Assembly: GCA_964291485.2 (NCBI GenBank)
Contig: OZ220224.1
Location: forward strand, 2,966,188-3,006,187
From: an uncultured Kistimonas sp.
GTDB taxonomy: Bacteria > Pseudomonadota > Gammaproteobacteria > Pseudomonadales > Endozoicomonadaceae
Direction of reading: 5' to 3'
DNA: 40,000 bases
Below, piece after piece: positions 1 through 8,905 of this stretch (the first letter of the stretch is position 1; each line of letters starts with the position of its first letter). The notes under the pieces are model-generated. The model was given only the letters and a program-made list of their open reading frames with translations. It did no database searches and was not told where the DNA came from. The translations under genes were made by a program, and so were the position numbers.

Positions 1-70
1 ATGAACTGGTATGTTGAAGGGGTTGACGGCAAGCTGCCTAAATAAATGCTGTTCGTAGAATGTTAAACAA

Positions 71-96
71 CCTGACCACGACAAGTGGTGGTCAGG
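71..96. terminator. GC-rich hairpin between convergent genes; possible bidirectional terminator
   Basis: 9-bp perfect stem CCTGACCAC (71..79) / GTGGTCAGG (88..96) with an 8-nt loop. On the minus strand it is followed by TTGTTTAAC, downstream of the rlmJ stop. The T-run is weak. Confidence 0.35.
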
Positions 97-196
97 TACA
101 AGCCAAAAATCACTATCTTGCCAATCAAGACGTCACCTGACTTAGGTCTCCAGCTAAACGCCAGACCAGTAACAACCCGGATCACAAAACCATCTG

Positions 197-1048
197 TTAC
201 TTCGGCTCAATCAACCATTCTACCCGGCACTGCCCCTGCCCGTTCGGCGTCAAACAATCCTTAAGGCGAGGCAGCAATGTCGACAGGTGCTCATCCAGTT
301 GCCAGGGTGCATTGACAATCACCATGCCGGAACCGTGCATACCATAGTCTTCTGCCTGCTCTGAAACCGCCAGCTCCGCCACCAGAAGATTGGCAAATGG
401 CACTCGAGACAGCTGTTCCAGCAACCAGCGACTCCGGTCACGTTTCCGGGAAAGAATGGGATACCAGATCGCAAAAATGCCCACCGGCCATTTCTTCCAT
501 GCAGATATCACGGCATCCAGCGTGTCTTGGTAGTCCTCCTTGATTTCATAAGAAGGATCAATCAGCACCAGACCACGACGCACCGCCAACGGCAGAATCG
601 CAGACAATCCCTCAAAACCATCACGGTGATGTATTGTGGCTCGCCGGTCACGCCCCATGTTTTTCCGCAGCACGTCAATCTCGCGGTTATGCAACTCCAT
701 CAAAACCAACTGATCCTGTTCACGCAGCATAGCTTCGGCAATAGCAGGTGAACCTGGGTAGTACTTCAGCGCGCCCTTCGGGTTCAGTTGCCTGATCACT
801 GCACCATAGGATGACAGTTCAGGATAATCATCCAACTGCGCAAACAACCGACCAATACCGGTTTCATATTCCGCTGTTTTGCGGGCTTCTTCACTATCCA
901 GCCGGTACAGACCTGCACCACTGTGACTGTCGACATAAACAAACGGCTTGTCCTTGGCTTTAAGCTTTTCAAGGATCAATGCCTGGGTGGCATGCTTGAG
1001 TACATCGGCATGGTTGCCGGCATGAAAACTGTGACGGTAACTGAGCAA
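197..1048 (-). CDS. rlmJ: 23S rRNA (adenine2030-N6)-methyltransferase RlmJ
   Basis: ORF 197..1111. From residue 23 the sequence (LSYRHSFHAGNHADVLKH...DSHSGAG) matches my recollection of the RlmJ/YhiR N-terminus (MLSYRHSFHAGNHADVLKH). TTG at 1046..1048 is the likely start; the ATG at 1111 would add about 21 aa. Confidence 0.85.
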   Translation of the reverse strand: MLSYRHSFHAGNHADVLKHATQALILEKLKAKDKPFVYVDSHSGAGLYRLDSEEARKTAEYETGIGRLFAQLDDYPELSSYGAVIRQLNPKGALKYYPGSPAIAEAMLREQDQLVLMELHNREIDVLRKNMGRDRRATIHHRDGFEGLSAILPLAVRRGLVLIDPSYEIKEDYQDTLDAVISAWKKWPVGIFAIWYPILSRKRDRSRWLLEQLSRVPFANLLVAELAVSEQAEDYGMHGSGMVIVNAPWQLDEHLSTLLPRLKDCLTPNGQGQCRVEWLIEPK

Positions 1049-1338
1049 AGGCTCTCTCCACGGGGCCAAGGTAAGGCGGAAAAAGGCAGGAGTATAGCGG
1101 TAACCCTTCAATCATAGACAGACCGGATAACCAGTATGGTTTCCGTTTACGACAAATAGCGTCTTCACACGCTGGCAATCTACGCATTCATGTCCATTAC
1201 AAAACCTTGCCCCATGTCATAACAACCCGTCGGATTCGCCGCATACAATCGGGCTTTCAGCTGGCCAACAACAACATCCAAATCATGCGCCACCCATAAA
1301 AACGACACTGGCTCCCCCAGCCTGACCAAGGAATTTCG

Positions 1339-2154
1339 ATGTACCGTATTGTTGTCACCGACCTGGACGGCACGCTGCTTAACCAGGATCATGCCATTTC
1401 CGACACCTCACTCGCTGTTTTACGCCAACTGAGCGGTGGTATCCGCTTTATCATGGCAACCGGACGCCCCTGGGGTGATGCCCGTTACTTCCGGGACCAG
1501 CTTGGCATCCCCATGTACCTGGTCAGTTCCAATGGCGCCCGTGTCCACAGTCCGGAGGATGAGGTGTTAGTCAGTCACGACCTTACACCAGATCTGCTGA
1601 CCGCGCTCTACACATTGTCAGAACAATTTGCTGATAACACCCTGATGAGCGTCAACCAGGAAGATCGCTGGTTTGTCACTCAGGCCTTTCCCGAATTGGC
1701 TGAATACCACAGAGACTCCGGTTTTACCTACCAGGTTAGCGCTGCAGCAGACATGCCTCGCCAAGGTGTCTGCAAAGTGTTCTTTAACGCCAGAAACCGT
1801 ACAAATCTGCTCCCCCTGGAAGCTATCATCGAAGAGCAGCTGGGTGAGCAGGTCAGTATTACCTGGTCATCACCGGAATGTCTGGAAATCATGACCGCCG
1901 GTGTCAACAAAGGACAGGCGCTGGCTGAACTTCTGCCACGCCTGCATGCAAAACCGGCTGACATCATGGCCTTTGGTGATGGCCTCAATGATCTGGAGAT
2001 GCTCACCATGGTCGGCCGCGGTGTGTGCATGGAAAACGCCGATCCTCTGCTGAAAGCCAGACTCCCCGGTTTCGACACAACCCTGTCGAACAATGAACAC
2101 GGCGTTGCCCGCTACCTGAGTGATTACTACCTTGGCGAGCGTACGACTGCTTGA
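1339..2154 (+). CDS. Cof-type HAD-IIB family hydrolase (sugar-phosphate phosphatase-like)
   Basis: DLDGTLL motif I at the N-terminus, MATGRP, and GDGLNDLEML...MENA near the C-terminus. Length is 271 aa. Confidence 0.85.
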   Translation: MYRIVVTDLDGTLLNQDHAISDTSLAVLRQLSGGIRFIMATGRPWGDARYFRDQLGIPMYLVSSNGARVHSPEDEVLVSHDLTPDLLTALYTLSEQFADNTLMSVNQEDRWFVTQAFPELAEYHRDSGFTYQVSAAADMPRQGVCKVFFNARNRTNLLPLEAIIEEQLGEQVSITWSSPECLEIMTAGVNKGQALAELLPRLHAKPADIMAFGDGLNDLEMLTMVGRGVCMENADPLLKARLPGFDTTLSNNEHGVARYLSDYYLGERTTA

Positions 2155-2301
2155 TTGCTGGCCGCGGTACCAATGTATCGCGGCGTTAACCTGCGGCTCT
2201 ACTGCGATCCCATGAATTCAATGCAAAGAACTACACTTCATGCCTAGCTAACCAGTGCATTTGGTCTATGCTGCCTTGCTCTATCAATAAGGAGGCATTC
2301 C

Positions 2302-3744
2302 GTGTCAGCCAAGCATTGCTCGCTCATACTCGTCTGTCTGTACTGCTTGCTGTTTATCCCCCTCGGGAGTATGGCTGAAGAGCTACCGCTGAAAAACAGC
2401 GAACACCAGCAACGAAACGCCCGACTCCAGCCCTACCTTGGAACCCACAGAACCTATCCAAGCCCCCGCGCGATACCTACAGAACCGGCCGGGTGTCAGC
2501 TATTACACATCAACCACCTGGGGCGTCATGGCTCCCGTTACCCTATTGAGCTGGATGATGTGCTGGCTCTGGTCAGTGAATATGAAACACTGGTGGGAAC
2601 CCGACCATTAACCAAAGCCGGTAGCCAGCTACGTGTCGAAATCCATCGCATGGCCGACTGGTTGCGCAACAATCCTGCACGGATTGCCCAATTGACCGAC
2701 AAAGGCATCAATGAAGAGCTGGCCCTGGGACAACGAGCCGCACGAATGCTCCGACCTGAAACCCGCAACAGTCAACAACTCAGCATTGCAACAGGCACCA
2801 GCCAAACGGACAGGACACAACACAGTCTGAAAATGTTCCAGGAAGGGCTGAGCCGGGAACTGGGTGAAAACATGCACGTCATCGTCCGCCCGGTGATGCC
2901 GGACAAGAAAATGGCCGAACTACTGACCCCGTTTTTCCATTGTCCGCGCCTGGACCGAGCACTTAAGCCCCTGGCAAAATCTGCTACTGCCGAATATATC
3001 GCCAACCTCAGCCATTCACACCCGGAGATTACCACCCGGTTCGCCGATCAGCTGATACCTGGTCTGTCGGACGCTAAAGCCATCCGCCTGGCGATCAATC
3101 TTTTTCAGCTGTGCCGAATCGAAAATCCGCTGGACCGGTCCTTCGGTATCTGTGATACCTTCACCGACTGGACAACAGACGACAGCTGGCTGAGCCTTGT
3201 GCAGTGGCTTGGCGATACTGCTAACCATATTTACTATTACAACATGGGACCGGCCATCGTCATGGATGATATCCAGTCCAGCATGGGTATGCCCATCCTG
3301 CGGCATTTCCTTGATACGACCGACGCTGCCGCACGGGATGAGTCCGATGTCCGGGCCCACTTCCGGTTTGCCCATGACGCCACCCTGTCGCCCCTCCTGC
3401 AGAGCATTGGCCTCATCAAGACACGGGGTGCGGAGGATGAGCGCTACCTCAGCTGGAATACATCCCGTCAATTGCCTATGGGCGCCAATCTCTACTGGCA
3501 ACTCTATGAATGCCGTGACGGACTCAAGGTTCGAATGCTGATGAATGAGAAAGTAGAACCCTTCCCCTTCCCGCCCTGCTCAAAACAGGAACTCTGCGAC
3601 TGGCGGGAAGTAAAACAGCACTACAAACATGCGGATTATCAGGATCGAATGGAAAAAGCCTGCTCGATTGATGCACACAACGTGCAGCCGCTCTCCTCCT
3701 CGACTCAGGAAATAGAGCTCTCAGCGTCTGGCAATATCATTTAG
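2302..3744 (+). CDS. secreted histidine acid phosphatase family protein (histidine phosphatase branch 2)
   Basis: GTG start with AAGGAGG at 2289..2295. Hydrophobic signal-like N-terminus. RHGSRYP (RHGxRxP) and a downstream HD (FAHDATL) signature. Confidence 0.75.
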   Translation: MSAKHCSLILVCLYCLLFIPLGSMAEELPLKNSEHQQRNARLQPYLGTHRTYPSPRAIPTEPAGCQLLHINHLGRHGSRYPIELDDVLALVSEYETLVGTRPLTKAGSQLRVEIHRMADWLRNNPARIAQLTDKGINEELALGQRAARMLRPETRNSQQLSIATGTSQTDRTQHSLKMFQEGLSRELGENMHVIVRPVMPDKKMAELLTPFFHCPRLDRALKPLAKSATAEYIANLSHSHPEITTRFADQLIPGLSDAKAIRLAINLFQLCRIENPLDRSFGICDTFTDWTTDDSWLSLVQWLGDTANHIYYYNMGPAIVMDDIQSSMGMPILRHFLDTTDAAARDESDVRAHFRFAHDATLSPLLQSIGLIKTRGAEDERYLSWNTSRQLPMGANLYWQLYECRDGLKVRMLMNEKVEPFPFPPCSKQELCDWREVKQHYKHADYQDRMEKACSIDAHNVQPLSSSTQEIELSASGNII

Positions 3745-3799
3745 GGAATGAACACTCTGCAGGGAAATATCTGGAAAGGCAGGACGGAAACGTACCTAT

Positions 3800-3835
3800 A
3801 AAAAAAGCGGACAACATACATTGTCCGCTTTTTTA
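3800..3835. terminator. bidirectional rho-independent terminator
   Basis: Stem GCGGACAA (3807..3814) / TTGTCCGC (3821..3828) flanked by an A-run and a T-run. It lies between the phosphatase stop and the 3' end of tRNA-Pro. Confidence 0.8.
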
Positions 3836-3839
3836 AAAC

Positions 3840-3916
3840 TGGTCGGAGCGAGAGGATTCGAACCTCCGACCCCCACAACCCCATTGTGGTGCGCTACCAG
3901 GCTGCGCTACGCTCCG
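3840..3916 (-). tRNA. tRNA-Pro (anticodon GGG), 77 nt with encoded CCA
   Basis: The reverse complement folds by hand into a cloverleaf: CGGAGCG/TA/GCGC/AGCCTGGTA/GCGC/A/CCACA/AUGGGGU/UGUGG/GGGUC/GGAGG/TTCGAAT/CCTCT/CGCTCCG/A/CCA. The anticodon loop reads A-U-GGG-G-U. Confidence 0.95.
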
Positions 3917-4210
3917 ACGACAACAAAACAGGGCGTAGCCCTTGTCAGCTGCGGGATGCATACTACGTCACCCGTCTCGCTGATGCAAGATAGGGAAATC
4001 CCGCAAATCCTCAATGCGTAACGCCTCCGCCCAGACTTAAGAATCTACTGAAAACCATTTCCGGTCATTCATGACAAAACGTCTGATGCCTGCTCCGAAA
4101 GGATGACGATAACAACTTATAGCTTGCTGCTTTCAAGTCCGTGCCAGAAGCGCCGACTTACCCGTAAGACACACTTTTCAGCAGTGCCATACCTGACCGG
4201 GAGAACAAAC

Positions 4211-4945
4211 ATGAAAAAAGTGCTCGCACTGGCATGCAGCTTGGCCATTTCGAACGCAGCCCTTGCCGCAGGGGGCAGCGCATGGGGATATAGCGGTAAG
4301 AAAGGCCCGGCCAACTGGGCTCAGTTAAGTGCAGACTACAGCGCCTGTGATGGAGAGAACCAATCCCCCATCAATCTCACCGGTTTTATCGAAGCTGACC
4401 TGAAACCTATCAAGTTTTACTACCGTGACGGAGGCAGCAACACCATTGTTAATAATGGCCATACAGTCCAGGTGAACTATCCCAAGGGCAGCCATATCAC
4501 ACTGGACGGCAAAGTCTTCAGCCTTCTGCAGTTCCACCTCCACGCCCCCAGCGAAAATCACATCAACGGGGAATCCTACCCGATGGAAGTGCATTTCGTG
4601 CACGCCGACAGGAAGGGTAACCTGGCCGTAGTGGCGGTTATGTTCGAGGAAGGCGCCAAAAACAAAGAACTGGCCAAGGCTTGGGCAACCATGCCAGATG
4701 ACGCCGGTGACAAACACAAGATTGCCGGTGGCATTGATGCCGAAGCCCTGATGCCAGAAAGCCGTGAGTACTATCGGTTTAACGGCTCACTGACCACCCC
4801 GCCCTGCAGCGAAGGGGTTCGCTGGCTGGTCATGAAAGAGGCTATCACTGCGTCCGAGCAACAGATTGAAGCGTTCCAAGATGTTCTTCATCACCCGAAC
4901 AACCGGCCACTGCAGTCAGTTAACGCACGCCCTGTTCTTCAATAA
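4211..4945 (+). CDS. alpha-class carbonic anhydrase, periplasmic/secreted
   Basis: The ATG at 4211 gives the signal peptide MKKVLALACSLAISNAALAAGG. The ORF-track start at 4103 is probably too far upstream. Motifs: QSPINL, NNGHTVQV, FHLHAPSEN...EVHFVH (zinc-histidine region), SLTTPPCSEGV. Confidence 0.9.
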   Translation: MKKVLALACSLAISNAALAAGGSAWGYSGKKGPANWAQLSADYSACDGENQSPINLTGFIEADLKPIKFYYRDGGSNTIVNNGHTVQVNYPKGSHITLDGKVFSLLQFHLHAPSENHINGESYPMEVHFVHADRKGNLAVVAVMFEEGAKNKELAKAWATMPDDAGDKHKIAGGIDAEALMPESREYYRFNGSLTTPPCSEGVRWLVMKEAITASEQQIEAFQDVLHHPNNRPLQSVNARPVLQ

Positions 4946-4964
4946 GCGTGCCCACCGACAGGAT

Positions 4965-4995
4965 ATAAAAAAACCGGCCTGTGCCGGTTTTTTTA
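4965..4995. terminator. bidirectional rho-independent terminator
   Basis: A-run, then CCGGC (4974..4978), CTGT loop, GCCGG (4983..4987), then T-run. It lies between the convergent carbonic anhydrase and WD40-like genes. Confidence 0.8.
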
Positions 4996-5076
4996 TATCC
5001 AAACAGCCTCGCCTCTGAATAATAAATGAGTGAGAAGTTTTCCTTAGTTATATTTACGTCAGCAAAAATTCCATCA

Positions 5077-6495
5077 TCATCCGCTATCGCTCGTTTCAAA
5101 CCCCGCCAATTGCCATAGTCGAACAATCCCATCAGAGACACTGGCAACAGTTTGGCCGTCAGAGAGAAGCTCCAGAGAATAGCGTTGCGACCTAGGGGCT
5201 TCTTCATGTGTCAGTGATGAGGCCTGAGAAAGTTGTTGCTGGCTACGTTCTCCCTGCAGGTCATTTGATGACATCAGACGGCAGTATTGCTCCCATCTAC
5301 CGTTACTGTATCGCGAACAGTACATGTTGCTTTTTGCGTCAATAGACCAGAAATGGTTAGCCGTTACCTGAAGTGACTGAACAATCGACGTTTCATGACT
5401 ACGGAAAGTTTCCCCCTGTCTCCATTCCCCCTCAAACAAACGCCAGATAATAACGTCACCTCTCTTCCCGAAAGAGGCGAAAGACTCCCCCTCCAGAGAC
5501 AGTACTTTAGCCCGCCCCAGAGCAGTGGGATGACCAACAATCTGTAAGACAGACCATGCATATTTCCCCACGTCATCAGTAACCTGTGCTCGTCTGCAAA
5601 TCAGAATAGAACCATTGGGATAACAAACCACAGCAACCCCTCTCGAATGGGAAGAGGCTGTTAACGGGCAATTGCCTGAATTTGAGGAGAGAATGTTGTC
5701 TGGTACAACACATTTAGAAAAGGCAACCATATCCCCCACTCGCTGCCAGAATTTCACGTATCCTTGAGACTGATGAGAGGAAATAAAACCTTGTTCATCT
5801 TCATCAAGGACGGCAAGCAATTGTTCATGTTGACCTGAAGATACCAACTCGTTTGCGCGAATAGATCCATTCTCGTGTTTAATAAAGAGGATGCCCCCTG
5901 TCACAGTCATAGCAACAAATCGGTCATCGGATAATTTTTCCAGCACGCCCACGCTCGTTGCTGCCTGACACCGCAGCCTATTCCACACACCATCCGAGCA
6001 AAACCATAATATGCAATACGAATCCTCTGAGCTGGTTATCATACTGTCACGTTTAATACTAACCAGACTGGTAATCCGACCGTTGTGTCCTGCCAGCTCC
6101 TTGAGGCATGCCCATTTCTTACGGCCCACCTTGTACTGCCATAGCCGCAGAATATGGTCATCAGATGCAGTAACCAGGCAATTCACATCCAGTTGGGTTA
6201 GATGAGAAATTTTTGGTTCTCTGGGTTCTCGCTCAACCTGCCTGGGTACCTGAATCACTTGTTGACATGAGGGTGACACCCTATTTATTCGATGTTCAAA
6301 CAGTAATGAACGAAGATTTTCACGGCATTGATTAGCAGGATCGCCAGAGTAATTCCTTAAAACCAGTCCAGGTATTATGGTTCCAGCATGTAGCCTCAAC
6401 CCTCGCCCTGAAGACGTTCTACTCTCTTGAGCTTTATAATCGCTTGCCGTAACGCTTCCTGACAGCCCAGCACTTTCACGATTAGCCGGTTCCAT
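5077..6495 (-). CDS. WD40-like beta-propeller repeat protein (eukaryote-like), paralog 1
   Basis: Recurrent WD-type blade ends: LVTASDDHILRLWQ, SSEDSYCILW, GDVIIWRL, SDGIVRLWQL. Collinear with the neighbouring 449-aa ORF. No signal peptide. More AT-rich than the flanks. Confidence 0.6.
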   Translation of the reverse strand: MEPANRESAGLSGSVTASDYKAQESRTSSGRGLRLHAGTIIPGLVLRNYSGDPANQCRENLRSLLFEHRINRVSPSCQQVIQVPRQVEREPREPKISHLTQLDVNCLVTASDDHILRLWQYKVGRKKWACLKELAGHNGRITSLVSIKRDSMITSSEDSYCILWFCSDGVWNRLRCQAATSVGVLEKLSDDRFVAMTVTGGILFIKHENGSIRANELVSSGQHEQLLAVLDEDEQGFISSHQSQGYVKFWQRVGDMVAFSKCVVPDNILSSNSGNCPLTASSHSRGVAVVCYPNGSILICRRAQVTDDVGKYAWSVLQIVGHPTALGRAKVLSLEGESFASFGKRGDVIIWRLFEGEWRQGETFRSHETSIVQSLQVTANHFWSIDAKSNMYCSRYSNGRWEQYCRLMSSNDLQGERSQQQLSQASSLTHEEAPRSQRYSLELLSDGQTVASVSDGIVRLWQLAGFETSDSG

Positions 6496-6660
6496 TGCAA
6501 TATCGCCATGTCAATTGCCTTATCCAATGAAGACAAAAGGGGGAATTGAATGGTTCCCCTGCATTGATAAAAATGTCACTTTGATAGCCAGAAAAACACG
6601 CGTGATGTTCTACTCTCAGAGTTTTTGATTGCCACTTTATACCTTTATTTAATCACCGCC

Positions 6661-8010
6661 CTAAGCCGTAGCATCTTCATTATTATCAGCCGAAAGCCTG
6701 TAGAGAGGCCATATTCTAATCAGGCAATCCTCGGAAAACGTCGCAATCTCATCAGAGAATCCAATGATTCTCATGCCACCGGTTCTGGCAAATTCGTCAG
6801 AATAATCACGCCTGCGGAAGGTCATCTTTCGTTCATGATGCCATTGACTGCCAACTTTGTACCAGCAATGAATAACACCACTGTTATCCAGAGACCAGAA
6901 GTGCTCAGGAAAAATTTTCAGGCATTCCGCAACCGGGTACCTATGCTTATCAAGCCGCTGACAAGGCTCCCAAACGCCTTGTTGTAAACGCCAAAAGATA
7001 ATGCTGGCGTCATCACTATAACTGGCAAAATACGCATCAGAGATAGGCATAATGCCTTTAACGATCTCCTCCTCATCGCCATGTTCTAGAATTTGCATGA
7101 CACGCCATGCAACCCGCTCCTGACGCTCGACACACTGATGGCGCCACCAGATCACAATGTGGCCAAGGGTATAACAAGCCGCAACAAGTCCTTCACATAA
7201 CGGCACAGATTTTACCGGGTAGTTATTCCCATCGTTGCGAATGGATGCCGGACAAGCGTAGTCAAGGCAATACCAACCATTTCTCCGGCGTTGCCAGTAA
7301 CCAAAGAAACCATTCATCGTGCACAGGACAAACGATTCAGCATCCAGTTTGTCCAAATGTAAAATTGCGTCATGGTAGTGGTCATACCAATACTGACGGC
7401 AGCTCATGTCATTAATATGAAAATTACCGATTGCCCCTACATTCGTTGTAATAATAAAGTTTTCGGGCGTCAGCACTAACACATCACTGCAGATCAATCC
7501 TGTCGGAATAATTTTCCAGGCATGCCAGGCCCCATCAAATTCATGCCAGATGATCACGTCAGCGTCATGTGAGCATGAAACAAAACGGTAAGGCGATAAT
7601 GCCGACAGCCCGCTCACACAATCATAATGCAAGGTCAACGTTTGTACGCCTTTCCAGCTCCCTGCCTGATTGCACCAAACGCGTAAAGTGCCATCATCCG
7701 ATGCTGACACCAGAGTCTTGCCATTAAGCTGCAGTAAGTGATTCACACTATCGATATGCCCTACCAGCAATTGAGGACGCGCTGTACGAATAGTTCGCCG
7801 GTATAGATCAACCTGATAGTCATAGCAAAATCGTCGCGATGCTGGTGAATCACCGCAATATTCGCGGTGATTCAAAAAAACCAATACACCGGGTAACACG
7901 CTGAAACGCAGAAATGCCCTGCCATAACAGGGGACTTTATGCTTTCGTGGTGATACCTGACGCCCAGTATCTATTGAATGATAAGCGACTGACTGTTCTT
8001 TTCGTTCCAT
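6661..8010 (-). CDS. WD40-like beta-propeller repeat protein (eukaryote-like), paralog 2
   Basis: LVSASDDGTLRVWC, SHDADVIIWH, SDDASIIFWRL, EHFWSLDNSGVIHCW, SEDCLIRIWPL. These are positionally equivalent to motifs in the 5077..6495 protein. Confidence 0.6.
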   Translation of the reverse strand: MERKEQSVAYHSIDTGRQVSPRKHKVPCYGRAFLRFSVLPGVLVFLNHREYCGDSPASRRFCYDYQVDLYRRTIRTARPQLLVGHIDSVNHLLQLNGKTLVSASDDGTLRVWCNQAGSWKGVQTLTLHYDCVSGLSALSPYRFVSCSHDADVIIWHEFDGAWHAWKIIPTGLICSDVLVLTPENFIITTNVGAIGNFHINDMSCRQYWYDHYHDAILHLDKLDAESFVLCTMNGFFGYWQRRRNGWYCLDYACPASIRNDGNNYPVKSVPLCEGLVAACYTLGHIVIWWRHQCVERQERVAWRVMQILEHGDEEEIVKGIMPISDAYFASYSDDASIIFWRLQQGVWEPCQRLDKHRYPVAECLKIFPEHFWSLDNSGVIHCWYKVGSQWHHERKMTFRRRDYSDEFARTGGMRIIGFSDEIATFSEDCLIRIWPLYRLSADNNEDATA

Positions 8011-8023
8011 AACGAGTATTGCA

Positions 8024-8047
8024 CTCCATAAACAACTCCATAAACAA
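8024..8047. repeat. perfect tandem duplication, 2 x 12 bp (CTCCATAAACAA)
   Basis: 8024..8035 is identical to 8036..8047. It lies 14-37 nt upstream of the start codon of the 6661..8010 gene. On the minus strand it reads TTGTTTATGGAG twice. Confidence 0.9.
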
Positions 8048-8154
8048 ATACTAGGTAAGACGAAAAAAAAACAATCAAGTTCATCAGATCACTGACAATC
8101 GGATTAGATATAGCTGCGAACGGGCAAACATTACGCCGCGTTGATCAGGCAAGC

Positions 8155-8853
8155 TCACATTGCAACCGCCAGATTCACCGCACACGCAGCATGAATAGCA
8201 GTGGTGTCATACAGTGGTATAGAAGTATGCTGTGATTGCACCAACAAACCAATCTCTGTACACCCAAGGATAACAGCTTCAGCACCCCGCTCTGCCAGTT
8301 GGTCAATAATCGCCAGATATTGCTGTCGGGATTTGTCGGTTACCCGTCCCATGCAAAGCTCGGAATAAATAATGTTGTGAACAATAGCCTGTTCCTGTTC
8401 ATCCGGCACCAGCACATCAATACCGTATCGGTTTATGAGTCTACCTTTGTAAAAATCCTGCGCCATGGTGAACTGTGTGCCGAGCAGCCCGACTTTACTA
8501 ACACGGTCGTTAACCAGCTGCTCAGCGGTGGCATCAGCAATATGCACCAATGGAATGGAGATGGCCGCCTCAATAGCCGGGGCTACCTTGTGCATGGTGT
8601 TAGTGCATAAAAGCAGGAAATCCGCCCCACCCGCTTCCACCGATTTGGCTGCACGGGCAAGAATAACGCCAGCATCATCCCAACGCCCCTGTTGCTGGAG
8701 AGTTTCGATGTCATCAAAATCTACACTGTAAAGGCACAGCTTTGCCGAGTGCAATCCGCCCAGCGCCTGCCGGATACCCTCGTTAATTACGCGATAATAA
8801 CTGGCGGTGGATTCCCAACTCATACCACCGAGAAGCCCTATGGTTTTCATCAT
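8155..8853 (-). CDS. aspartate/glutamate racemase family protein (YgeA-like amino-acid racemase)
   Basis: MKTIGLLGGMSWEST, LLLCTNTMHKV and VILGCTEIGLL (the two catalytic-Cys contexts). The ATG at 8853 is preceded by GGAAGGA; the ORF-track GTG at 8865 is less likely. Confidence 0.85.
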   Translation of the reverse strand: MMKTIGLLGGMSWESTASYYRVINEGIRQALGGLHSAKLCLYSVDFDDIETLQQQGRWDDAGVILARAAKSVEAGGADFLLLCTNTMHKVAPAIEAAISIPLVHIADATAEQLVNDRVSKVGLLGTQFTMAQDFYKGRLINRYGIDVLVPDEQEQAIVHNIIYSELCMGRVTDKSRQQYLAIIDQLAERGAEAVILGCTEIGLLVQSQHTSIPLYDTTAIHAACAVNLAVAM

Positions 8854-8905
8854 CTTTCCTTCCACGCTTAATTGTTATTAATCGATTACAGCCGCTGAGT
8901 CACAA

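Noticed and set aside
1-45. Possible 3' end of an upstream plus-strand gene (…MNWYVEGVDGKLPK*)
   Set aside because: Only 14 codons are visible at the window edge. I cannot establish that it is coding or what it encodes.
3821-4021. 66-aa ORF, plus the similar ORFs 24284..24739 and 24552..25058
   Set aside because: They run antisense through the tRNA-Pro genes and the tRNA fragment (the recurring peptide [17 protein letters not shown] is simply the translated tRNA complement). They are not coding.
4920-5207. 95-aa minus-strand ORF overlapping the 3' end of the WD40 gene and the terminator
   Set aside because: It overlaps the better-supported 5077..6495 gene in another frame and runs through the bidirectional terminator, so it is probably spurious.
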